From NCBI GenBank assembly GCA_951406725.2, contig OX597831.1:74524001-74588000 (forward strand): 64,000 nt of DNA. The letters are read 5' to 3'. This stretch comes from Octopus vulgaris. Its lineage: Eukaryota. The position numbers and the translations under genes are program-made. Shown in pieces: positions 11,555-23,927 of the stretch; position 1 is the stretch's first letter, and the number at the start of each line of letters is the position of its first letter. The notes beneath the pieces were generated by a model. The model was not told the DNA's origin and ran no database searches. It saw only the letters and a program-made list of their open reading frames with translations.

Positions 11555-12170
11555 GCCTTTTCTACTCTTGGCACAAGGCCCGAAATTTGGGGGGAGGGGG
11601 CCAGTCGATTAGATCGACCCCAATACGCAATTGATACTTAATTTATCGACCCCGAAAGGATGAAAGGCAAAGTCGACCTCAGCGGAATTTGAACTCAGAA
11701 CATCAAGGCAGACGGAATACCTATTTCTTTACTACACACAAGGGACTAACACAGAGGAGACTAACAAGGACAGACAAACAGATTAAGTCGATTATATCGA
11801 CCCCAGTGTGTAACTGGTACTTATTTAATCGATCCCGAAAGGATGAAAGGCAAAGTCGACCTCGGCGGAATTTGAACTCAGAACGTAGCGGCAGACGAAA
11901 TACTGCTAAGCATTTCGCCCGGTGTGCTAACGTTTCTTATTTCTTTATTGCCCTCAAGGGGCTAAGCATAGAGGGGACAAACAAGGACAGACAAACGGAT
12001 TAAGTCGATTACATCGACCTCCAGTGCGTAACTGGTACTTAATTTATCGACCCTGAAAGGATGAAAAGTAAAGTCGACCTCGGCGGAATTTGAACACAGA
12101 ACGTAGCGGCAGATGAAATGCCACTAAGCAATTCGCCCGGCGTGCTAACGTTTCTGCCAGCTCGCCACCT
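11555..12170 (-). mobile_element. SINE-C trimer
   Basis: Three cores; junctions rc AAATA|AGAAACGTTAGC (~11937) and AAATA|GGTATTCCG (~11722). Confidence 0.85.
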
Positions 12171-13358
12171 TAGGCCCAGGGCAATATAGATATAACAGAC
12201 CTGGCGGCGAGCTGGCAGAGTCGTTAGCACGATGGACAAAATGTTTAGCGGCAATTCGTCTGTCTTTACGTTCCGGGTTCAAATTCCGCCAATTTTGAGT
12301 TTACATTTCATTGTTTCGGAGTCGACAAGAAAAATGCCAGTTGAGCACTGGGGTCGTTGTAATCGACTTGCCTACTTTTAAGGGCTTAGAAAAACCGAAG
12401 GACCACTGCAATAAGTGTATGAATCAGAGAAGGGAACATGTTGAATCCTAATTCTCTGATCCTCTTGTATTTTCTTTTACCCAAAGTCAGGCACTTTTCA
12501 GGATACCCTCTTGGCTGTGTGGTAAGAAGTTTGCTTCCCAACCACATGGTTCTGGGTTCAGTCCCACTGTGTGGCATCTCGGGCAAGTGTCTTCTATTAT
12601 AGCCTCGGGTCGACCATAGGTAGACGGAAACTGAAAGAAGCCCGTTGTATATATATATTCATGAGTGTATATAACTTCATGTATATATATATTCATGAGT
12701 GTATATAACTTCATGTATATATATATATTCATGAGTACATATAACTTCCACTATTTTCCATCCAGTAGGTTGTTTAAACTCAATATTCTGTTATCTATAG
12801 CTTTATCAACTTCGAGTTCCACTATTAAAAACTATATATTTCATATCTCTCGAAGTTACTAAAATTCTTATAATGCAAACACAAGCAAACAAACCCATAC
12901 ATATCAACACATCGACGTATGTGTTTGCGGGCATTTAGGTCCTCAACTACAGGTGGATTTAAAGGGCCCACTCCTGCCTCCAAGTCTGGCCGTAGATTTT
13001 TTTCTAGAAGAAAGAGAAGAAGGAGACGAAAAAAAAAAAAAAAAAAACTCCACAACTGAATTCGTACATAATTTATTGATCCCAAAAAGATGGGAGAGAA
13101 AGTTCGCCGCGGCATGATTTGAACAGAGGAAGTAAGGTCATGAAAGAAACCTATGCTACATCTCATTCTTTCCGATGCTCCAACGACTCACCTAATTCGC
13201 GTTCGATATATGGCGCATTGACGTAGTGACGTTATTCACGGACAACGCCGGGTATCTTTCTTGCATCGTATTAAAAGTAGAACAGCGGAAGAGATGCTTC
13301 TTATTCCTCTCCTATCTTTTATCTACGTTTTCCATCGTATGATATGTGTGTGTGTATG

Positions 13359-13477
<119 letters not shown>

Positions 13478-13777
13478 ACGCACACACAGACACACACACA
13501 CACACGCACACGCACACACACGCACACACACACATATAGATATATATGCATCTGTGTTGCGATTGCATGTACACATGCATAAATGTAGAATGCATTAAAT
13601 ACTACAAAACATACTGATTTTTTTTAAATGGCGGTGCCCCAGCATGGCCACAGCTCGTGAGCTGAAACTAGATAAAATTAAAAAAAATAAATAATAAAAA
13701 AAAAATATACACGTTGGACAGACACCGGAACCCTAATACTTCATCAGTTATCGGCCGAAAAATGCTAATACATACTT

Positions 13778-13859
<82 letters not shown>

Positions 13860-14095
13860 TGGCAGAAACGTTAGCGCGCCGGGCGAAATGCCTAGCGGTA
13901 TTTCGTCTGTCGTTACGTTCTGAGTTCAAATTCCGCCGAGGTCGACTTGGCCTTTCATTCTTTCAGGGACGTTTAAATAAGTACCAGTTATGACTGGGGT
14001 CGCTGTAATCGACTTAATCCCATTGCTTGTCCTCCCTTTGTTTAGCCCCCTGTGAGCAATAAAGAAATATATATATGTATACATACATACATACA

Positions 14096-14242
<147 letters not shown>

Positions 14243-14441
14243 ATATATATATGCATATACATAGACATATATTTGAATGCTCGAAATGGGGAGTAGATAG
14301 ACAGCCGACAACTGATGAAGGGTCGTTCTATCTGTTACTTGTTCTGTTTTCAATTTTTTTCTCTCTCGTTGTTTGCGTATTTAGCTCGCTTCTTTTCGTA
14401 TATCATGTTGTTTACAGTTAGTGACGTCCTGTACCCACATC

Positions 14442-14495
<54 letters not shown>

Positions 14496-14544
14496 CATAC
14501 ATACATACTTGCATACATACATACATACATATAAAGACAGACAC

Positions 14545-14895
14545 AGGTGTGGCTGTGAGGTAAGAAGTTTGCTTGCAGACCACACGGCCCAGGGTTCAGT
14601 CCCACTCCTTGGCATCTTGGGCAAGTGTCTTCTACTATAGCCTCAGGTCGACCAAAGCCTTGTGAGTGGATTTGGTAGAGCGATACTGGAAGAAGCCCGT
14701 CGTATGTATTTGTGTGTCTCTGTTTGTCCCCCACCATCGCCTGGCAACAGTTGTTGGCGTGTTTGTGTTCCCCGTGGGCAAGCGGTTCGGCGAGAGAAAC
14801 CGATAGAGTGGATGCTGGGCTTACAAAGAATAACTCCTGGGTCAATTTCTCCGTCTATAGGCGGTGCTCCAGCATGGGCGGACTGAAATGACTAA
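14545..14895 (+). mobile_element. SINE-B, diverged
   Basis: Colinear with 26117-26555. Confidence 0.8.
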
Positions 14896-14998
14896 TATAT
14901 GTGTGTGTGTGCATATATATGTATGTATATATGTATATATATATGAATATGCTTATATATATATATATATGAATATATGTATGTATCTATATTTACAT

Positions 14999-15045
<47 letters not shown>

Positions 15046-15237
15046 AATGGAGTTGAACGCACGTGGTATTCAAATTCTTTTACTTCCGACACATGTTTCG
15101 AAGATATCACTGGTATTATTCCAAAAGAATAAAATGGTGTAAAACATTCAGGGAAATAAAGAAATGAAACTCTATTTTTTTTCTGTGTTAATTGTTAACA
15201 AGGGAAAAATACACACAACTATTTGTATATATATGTA

Positions 15238-15268
<31 letters not shown>

Positions 15269-15501
15269 AAGGGAAAGTTTACGAAAATAAACAAAAGACG
15301 AAGGCAGGTGGAGTACAAAGAAATGTATTAGTATAGCGCTCAGGAATAGAAAAAGACATAGCTATACGGATGTGGGTGGTTATCTGGAGGTCATTCTTAT
15401 CTCTAATGAGGCAATGTTCTAAAAATATAGAAATCAAGTTAAATTTACACAAAAGCATATTAAAAATAGAAAAAAGAAAAAGTATATCACCAATCACCAT
15501 C

Positions 15502-15578
<77 letters not shown>

Positions 15579-15837
15579 TGTATGTATGTACGTATCTGTG
15601 TGTGTGTGTATTGGTTCCAAATTTGGTGGGTGGGGCAAGTCGATTGCATTGCCCAACTGATACTTATTTTATCGACCCCGAAATAATGAAAGGCAAAGTC
15701 AATTTCGGTGGAATTTGAACTCAGAACATAAAGACGGACGAAATGCCGCTCCGCATTTTGACCGGCGCCGTAACGAATCTATCAGCTCGCCGCCTCGTGT
15801 ATGTATATGTTTGTTTTTAAATGTATGTGTGTGTGTA

Positions 15838-16948
15838 GAGAGAGACGTATGCGCTGGTATGGTCATGTGATGAGAATGGCTGAAGATAGTTGTGTGCGAA
15901 AGTGCCACACCCTGGCAGTTGAGGGGACCTGTGGAAGAGGTAGACCCAGGAAAACCTGGGTCGAGGCGGTGAAGCACGACCTTCGAACTTTAGGTCTCAC
16001 CAAGGAAATGACCAGTGACCGAGACCTTTGGAGGTATGCTGTGCGTGAGAAAACCCGGCAAGACCAGTGAGAACAGTCAAAATCAAGATCAAACCAAATT
16101 GAGGTCGATCAACATCAGGGCCCCCGTGCAGGTGACACGTAAAAGTACCATCCGTTCGTAGCCGTTCGCCAGCCCTGTCTGGCCCCCGTGTAGGTGGCAC
16201 GTAAAAGCACCATCCGTTCGTGTTCGTTGCCAGCCTGGCCTGGCCCCCGTGCCGGTGACACGTAAAAGTACCATCCGTTTGTGGCCGTTTGCCAGCTCTG
16301 TCTGGCCCCCGTGTCGGTGACACGTAAAAGCACCATCCGTTCGTGGCCGTTTGCCAGCTCTGTCTGGCCCCCATGTGCCGGTGACACGTAAAAGCACCAT
16401 CCGTTCGTGGCCGTTTGCCAGCCCTGTCTGGCCCCCATGTCGGTGACATGTAAAAGCACCATCCGTTTGTGTCCGTTGCCAGCTCTGCCTGGCCCCCGTG
16501 CCGGTGACACGTAAAAGTACCATCCGTTTGTGGCCGTTTGCCAGCTCTGGCTGGCCCCCGTGTCGGTGACACGTAAAAGCACCATCCGTTCGTGGCCGTT
16601 TGCCAGCTCTCGACCCCCGTGCCTGGCCCCCGTGTTGGTGGCACGTAAAAGCACCATCCGTTCGTGTCCGTTGCCAGCCTCGCCTGGCCCCGTGCCGGTG
16701 ACACGTAAAAGCACCATCCGTTCGTGGCCGTTTGCCAGCTCTGTCTGGCACCTGTGCAGGTGGCACGTAAAAAGCACCCACTACACTCACGGAGTGGTTG
16801 GCGTTAGGAAGGGCATCCAGCCGTAGAAACACTGCCAGATCTGACTGGGCCTGATGAAGCCTTCTGGCTTCACAGACCCCAGTTGAACCGTCCAACCCAT
16901 GCTAGCATGGAGAACGGACGCTAAATGATGATGATGATGATGATGATG

Positions 16949-16950
<2 letters not shown>
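15838..16950 (+). mobile_element. RTE-clade LINE 3' end (ORF C-terminus, 3' UTR with tandem repeats, (TGA)n tail)
   Basis: ERRMRWYGHVMRM...GRGRPRKTW...DRDLWR is the typical RTE C-terminus; stop at 16070. Confidence 0.9.
16115..16775 (+). repeat. ~62-bp minisatellite, ~11 units, inside RTE 3' UTR
   Basis: GGCCCCCGTGCCGGTGACACGTAAAAGCACCATCCGTTCGTGGCCGTTTGCCAGCTCTGTCT repeated. Confidence 0.95.
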
Positions 16951-17243
<293 letters not shown>

Positions 17244-17274
17244 GTTAAACGCAGATGTTATTCAAATTCTTTTA

Positions 17275-17363
17275 CTTCCGACATATGTTTCGAAGACAAC
17301 ATTGGTATTATTCAAGAAGGAATAATATGGCGTAAAACAATGCAATCTTCTCATCAGGGAAAG
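17275..17363 (-). ncRNA. type I hammerhead ribozyme (Penelope-type, palindromic stem III)
   Basis: rc TTTCC-CTGATGA-GAAGA...TCTTC-GAAA-CATATG-TC-GGAAG: canonical core, stems I and II pair, GUC cleavage triplet. Confidence 0.8.
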
Positions 17364-17365
17364 AA

Positions 17366-18555
17366 AGAAGCCAAACAAACACATCAATAAGACATTTTAA
17401 CAGAATGTGATGACTGCGTATAATGATGAAGGGACCACTATCAAGTTTCTTTTTGAAAAATACCGTTCGTAGATATAACGTCAAAGGTAGTTTATAGAAA
17501 GAGAAGGGGGAAGAAAGAAAGAAATTAGCAGAAAACTAATAGTGGAGAGATATCGAGCGATAAGTGAATTAGAATAAGTAGATATATTTAGTGGAAGTGC
17601 AAGGTAAGAAGACAGTCAAATGTCGAATTTTATAGAATGTGTTTCATGAGTGATAGTCTATTCTTTGTTTGATTTACGGTGTGAGCGCGAACGCAGGCCC
17701 CACATTTAGAAATAGCGCATCCGAGTCGCCAACATTTAGGGCGATCGCAAAGGTCAATAATACCAATGTTGTCTTCGAAACATATGTCGGAAGTAAAAAA
17801 ATTGAATAACACCTGCGTTTAACTCCATTTATTTATTTATCTAGATACAAAACGTTTCACCCAAACCTGGATTTCCCCCCTTTATAAATAGGCTGTTACA
17901 TCCTTGTTACTTGTCTGAACTTTTGCTACCCTGGTAACTATTTATTTATTTTTTCCGTGTTATTTATTAACATTGGAAAAAACACACATACATTTATATG
18001 TGTATATATATCACCGTGATCACCGTGACCGACCAGGCTATCAGATGTTGTTACACATCGCTGGTCACAATGAGCTTCGCATTGTTTTAGCCTTGAAATG
18101 ACGCCACCCCGCTGGCTAAGCGAGCAGGCCAACAGTAGAAAGAGTGAGAGAAAGTTGTGGCGAAAGAGTACAGCAAGGATCGCCACCACTGCCCTGTCGG
18201 AGATCGTGGAGCTTTCGGTGTTTTCGCTCAATAAACACTCGCAACGCCCGGTCTGGGCTATTTAGAAATAGCGCATCCGAGTCGCCCACATTTGGGGCGA
18301 TCGCAAAGGTCAATAATACCAATGTTGTCTTCGAAACATATGTCGGAATTGCAAAAATTTGAATAACACCTGCGTTTAACTCCATTTATTTATTTATCTA
18401 GATACAAAACGTTTCACCCAAACCTGGATTTCCCCCCTTTATAAATAGGCTGTTACATCCTTGTTACTTGTCTGAATTTTTGCTACTCTGGTAACTATTT
18501 ATTTATTTTTTCCCTGCTATTTATTAACATTGGAAAAAACACGCATACATTTATA

Positions 18556-18586
<31 letters not shown>

Positions 18587-19131
18587 CACCGTGATCCCCG
18601 TGACCGACCAGGCTATCAGATGTTGTTACACATCGCTGGTCACAATGAGCTTCGCATTGTTTTAGCCTTGAAATGACGCCACCCCGCTGGCTAAGCGAGC
18701 ATGCCAACAGTAGAAAGAGTGAGAGAAAGTTGTGGCGAAAGAGTACAGCAGGGATCGCCACCACTGCCCTGTCGGAGATCGTGGAGCTTTCGGTGTTTTC
18801 GCTCAATAAACACTCGCAACGCCCGGTCTGGGCTATTTAGAAATAGCGCATCCGAGTCGCCCACATTTGGGGCGATCGCAAAGGTCAAGAATACCAATGT
18901 TGTCTTCGAAACATATGTCGGAAGTAAAAAAATTTGAATAACACCTGCGTTTAACTCCATTTATTTATTCATCTATATACAAAACGTTTCACTCAAACCT
19001 GGATTTCCCCCCTTTATAAATAGGCTGTTACATCCTTGTTACTTGTCTGAATTTTTGCTACTCTGGTAACTATTGTGACCAGCGATGTGTAACAACATCT
19101 GATAGCCTGGTCGGTCACGGTGATCACGGTG

Positions 19132-19182
<51 letters not shown>

Positions 19183-19812
19183 AATGTATGTGTGTTTTTT
19201 CCAATGTTAATAAATAACACGGAAAAAATAAATAAATAGTTACCAGGGTAGCAAAAATTCAGACAAGTAACAAGGATGTAACAGCCTATTTATAAAGGGG
19301 GGAAATCCAGGTTTGGGTGAAACGTTTTGTATCTAGACAAATAAATAAATGGAGTTAAACACAGGTGTTATTCAAATTTGTTTACTTCCGACATATGTTT
19401 CGAAGACAACATTGGTATTATTGACCTTTGCGATCGCCCCAAATGTGAGCGACTCGGATGCGCTATTTCTAAATGTGGGGCCTGCGTTCGCGCTCACACC
19501 GTAAATCAAACAAAGAATAGACTATCACTCATGAAACACATTCTATAAAATTCGACATTTGACTGTCTTCTTACATTGCACTTCCACTAATTATATCTAC
19601 TTATTCTAATTCACTTATCGCTCGATATCTCTCCACTATTAGTTTTCTGCTAATTTCTTTCTTTCTTCCCCCTTTTCTTTCTATAAACTACCTTTGACGT
19701 TATATCTACTAACGGTATTTTTCAAAAAGAAACTTGATAGCGTTCCCTTCATCATTATACGCAGTCATCACATTCTGTTAAAATGTCTTATTGATGGGTT
19801 TGTTTGGCTTCT
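17366..19812. repeat. long inverted repeat (arms 17366-18071 and 19072-19812) enclosing tandem duplications
   Basis: Arms are reverse complements with scattered substitutions; tandem units start at 17704, 18260, 18835. Confidence 0.9.
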
Positions 19813-19937
19813 CATTACATGAATCAGAATAAAAGTAATAATTTCAACGCATGCGTGCATACACACACATAACAAACATGTCTATATATTCTGTGTAATC
19901 CAAACGTGTCCTGATATAATCCTTATTATCCTTTGTA

Positions 19938-20040
19938 CACCCTGATGAGTTTCCATGCAAGCTATTTATAATGCAAAACTATATATTTATATATGCTTTG
20001 CTATTTTTATTTTGTTTGTGAAATGAAACAATTGTTGGTG
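19938..20040 (+). ncRNA. type I hammerhead ribozyme with long AT-rich stem II
   Basis: CACC-CTGATGA-GTTTC...GAAAT-GAAA-CAATTG-TT-GGTG; stem I CACC/GGTG; palindromic stem III; GUU triplet. Confidence 0.65.
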
Positions 20041-20101
20041 AATATGCTGATTAATTAATAAATTAACTTGTATCCATTAGATCTCTCTGTTTTCTAACTT
20101 G

Positions 20102-20202
<101 letters not shown>

Positions 20203-20379
20203 AAGAAGAAGAAGAAGAAGAAGAAGAAGAAGAAGAAGAAGAAGAATATACTGTTGTGTCTGAGGAGAGTAATTTTCTTTTTGTGCCTTATAATTTAACA
20301 CACTCACCGGTAAAATTTCCACTTATTTCTTATTTTTATTTTCCTAAAATTTTCGTTGCCTCTTGCAACCTTTTCAATA

Positions 20380-20700
20380 GCATTGACTCAAGAGTCAAGA
20401 CTCTTCTGCTGCTGGGAGTGTGCGAACTCTTCGCAGTACTGTATTGTGTTAGTCATTTTTCCTTGAGGTGTGACGCTGTCCTTTGTTGTTTTACTGCTTA
20501 TATTTTGTGTTGAGCGTGTAATGCTTTGGTTTCCTAGCTTGCTGGTGGAAGTTTATTTCACTAGATAAATGCTGTACAGAGTGTGTCTTGTATTTGTAGG
20601 TTATTTTGCTTAGGTTGTATTATTGGATTGATAGTGTCTTGCGTAGGACGTGGGCTGTTCCTATCAGGGCTAAGTTTTGGACAGTGTTTAGTGTTGAGGA
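20380..20700 (-). mobile_element. R4/Dong-like LINE 3' end
   Basis: Minus frame ..TVQNLALIGTAHVLRKTLSIQ* (stop 20620-20622), homologous to the 48385 C-terminus; abuts (TAA)n; lower boundary approximate. Confidence 0.75.
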
Positions 20701-20710
20701 TTATTATTAT

Positions 20711-20872
20711 TATTGAGTGAGAGAGCAGTGCATGCCATTAAAGTGACACTGGGGTAAAATATACGAAGCCCAGTATACCTATCGTGACTACCCATCTGAT
20801 AAGGGTACACCAGGCACATGCATCACAACCATATGTGCGCGACCTGGTGATCTCATATCAAGATAAACAGCA

Positions 20873-20873
<1 letters not shown>
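20711..20873 (-). mobile_element. repeat in (TAA)n, probable LINE 3' UTR (same family as 47530-47975)
   Basis: Shares the terminal CTGCTCTCTCACTCAA end with the longer copy; both flanked by TAA tracts. Confidence 0.6.
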
Positions 20874-20945
<72 letters not shown>

Positions 20946-21027
20946 GTGATTGGTCCCTGGGGTGCTTCAATATGGTGTGTATGCATGTGTTTGCGTGTGT
21001 GTGTGTTTGCATGCATATGTGTCCGTG

Positions 21028-21063
<36 letters not shown>

Positions 21064-21134
21064 CATGTGCGTGTTTGCATGCGTATGTTTCCCTGTGTGC
21101 GTGTGCGCGTGAGTATGTGCGCGCGCGCAAAGAA

Positions 21135-21525
21135 TTGTGGTCGTCAAGGAGGAAAGCCACCTTTCTCCTCGACCGTTTCAAGTTCAAGTGGGGAGTTCGG
21201 GGGACCGGAGGACGAAGTGCTACGCCCCAGTGAATTTGTGAAAAGATGGGTGACCGAGGAGAGAATGGCCCTACGCTAAGCATACATCTGTAGATCGAAG
21301 GAGAGGAGAGAAGGCTCTGTGGGGTTCCCTGATTGGCCCTGGGGTTGCTCTTCCTCAGAAGGACTGCATCCTTCGTGTCAGCCCATTTCATTCTGGGCCC
21401 TTTTGCTGCATTCCAGCATCTTTTCCGATTCTTTCTCCTCATCCTTTATGTAGAAGCTCCACACGGATTGTTGTCATTCCTTGTGATGTCCCTCTCATCC
21501 GCGTTCCTGTGCTTAATAAAAGAAA
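21135..21525 (+). mobile_element. L1/Tx1-like 3' end, degenerate
   Basis: SEFVKRWV..RMA resembles NEFFNKKWVKVAKM of the 24230 element; ends AATAAAAGAAA then (ATC)n. Confidence 0.5.
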
Positions 21526-21788
21526 TCATCATCGTCATCATCATCACCATCACCACCACCACCACCACCACCATCATCACCATCATCTTCATCATCATCT
21601 TCATCAGTACTGGTGGTGGTGATGGTAGTAGAAGTAGTAGTTGTAGTTGTAGTAGTAGTAGCAGTAGTAGTAGAAGTAGTAGTTGTAGTAGTAGTTGTAG
21701 TTGTAGTAGCAGTAGTAGTAGTAGTAGTAGTAGTTGTAGTAGTAGTTGTAGTAGTAGTAGTAGTAGTAGCAGTAGTAGCAGCAGCAGC

Positions 21789-21820
<32 letters not shown>

Positions 21821-21879
21821 CTGTAGTAGTTGCAGTAGTAGTAGTAGTAGTAATAGTAGTAGCAGTAGTAGTAGTAGCT

Positions 21880-21916
<37 letters not shown>

Positions 21917-21992
21917 CAGCAGCAGCAGTAGTAGTAGTAGTAGTAGTAGCAGTAGTAGCAGCAGCAGCAGCAGCACTAGTAGTAGCAGTAGT

Positions 21993-22051
<59 letters not shown>

Positions 22052-22085
22052 TAGTAGCAGCAGCAGTAGTAGTAGTAGTAGTAGT

Positions 22086-22135
<50 letters not shown>

Positions 22136-22175
22136 CAGTAGTAGTAGTAGTAGTAGTAGTAGTAGCAGTAGCAGC

Positions 22176-22231
<56 letters not shown>

Positions 22232-22335
22232 CAGTAGTAGTAGTAGCGTTGCAGTTACCACGAAAGAACTACCGGAATATGCAAATGTTTATTGTATTGA
22301 ACACTGAACGTAATGAACGAACTCGAGCACACACA

Positions 22336-22388
<53 letters not shown>

Positions 22389-22433
22389 GCACACATACAC
22401 ACACACATACACACACACACATACACACACACA

Positions 22434-22502
<69 letters not shown>

Positions 22503-22560
22503 GTGGGCACATACGCACACACACACATAAACACATACGCGCGCACACACGCACACACTT
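21525..22560. repeat. compound (CAT/CAC)n-(AGT/AGC)n-(CA)n microsatellite
   Basis: Direct reading; source of poly-S/L/V ORFs. Confidence 0.95.
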
Positions 22561-22975
22561 TCAGTCTTTTAATTTCAGTCATTGGACCTGCGGCCAAGCT
22601 GGGGCACCAACTCGAGGGATCCGTTCGAGTAAATCGCATCCAAAACTTATTCTCAAGCTTGTTACTCATTCTGTCGGACTCCCATTGCCGAGCCACTACG
22701 TTACAAGGACATAAACAAACCAGCACCACCGGTTGTCAACCCCTTAGCTGAGATCACAAACACACGCACACACTTACTCATCCTCCCACACACACACACG
22801 AATATATAAGCGCTGATGTAGATACGCGGGGGTGGCGGTGGTTATTATTATCTCATTATCTCATAATGAGGGCAATGTTGCAAAAATATGCAAATTAAGT
22901 GAAATTTACACAAAACCATCTTAAAAATAGGATAAAGAACGGTCGAACTGATTATATCACCACTTCTCATCACTC

Positions 22976-23015
<40 letters not shown>

Positions 23016-23029
23016 ACTTTCACGTCATC

Positions 23030-23063
<34 letters not shown>

Positions 23064-23223
23064 GCTGTGTGGTAAGAAGCTTGCTTCCCAACTACTTGAT
23101 TCCGGGTTCAGTCCCACTGTGTGACACCTTCGGCAAGTGTCTTCTACTATAACCTCGGACCGATCAAAAGCCTTGAGAATGAATTTGGTAGACGGAAACT
23201 GAAAGAATCCCGTCATGTACATA

Positions 23224-23263
<40 letters not shown>

Positions 23264-23572
23264 AATGAGTGAACAGGCAAAAGAAAGTAGCATTTAGTAC
23301 ATTTGGTGAATTACATGAACTTCTAATGCGATGGGCATGTCCTACACGCCTACGAAGCGTCAAGTCACGTGGGGCTGAGTCAAACTTTTCTTAAATATAC
23401 ATACATGCATAGGTAGGTAGGTATGTAGACAGATACATAGACAGGTAGGTAGGTAGGTATGTAGGTTGATAGGTAGGAAGGTAGGTAGGTACGTAGGTAT
23501 GTAGGTAAGTAGGTGAGTGGATGGACAAACAGACAGACAGATAGACAGACAGACAGACAGATAGATAGATAA

Positions 23573-23624
<52 letters not shown>

Positions 23625-23628
<4 letters not shown>

Positions 23629-23843
23629 GTTTCTTTATTGGCCACACAGGGCTGCACACAGATGGGACAAGTTACAAGGTAGAGCTTTTCTTTTGGGGGA
23701 TGAAGAGAACAAAAAACAAAAGAAAAAAAGGGGGGTGGCGTAGGTTTTCGATCAAGAGGGATCGTAAAAGGGAAGAAAAGAACAAAAACAAAAAAAAATT
23801 GAATAAAATAAAAAGAATAAAAAGAAAAAAAAGAAAAGGAACA

Positions 23844-23850
<7 letters not shown>
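23625..23850 (-). mobile_element. L1/Tx1-like short 3' UTR copy in (TCTA)n
   Basis: rc ends GTCCCATCTGTGTGCAGCCCTGTGTGGCCAATAAAGAAAC, paralogous to the 23928 end. Confidence 0.7.
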
Positions 23851-23923
<73 letters not shown>

Positions 23924-23927
23924 ATAG

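Noticed and set aside
15997-16895. Repetitive 220-268 aa ORFs; CRISPR-like appearance
   Set aside because: Contiguous 62-bp tandem units with no unique spacers, inside an RTE 3' UTR
21333-22530. Long poly-Ser/Leu/Val ORFs (324, 271, 305 aa)
   Set aside because: Translations of AGT/AGC microsatellite
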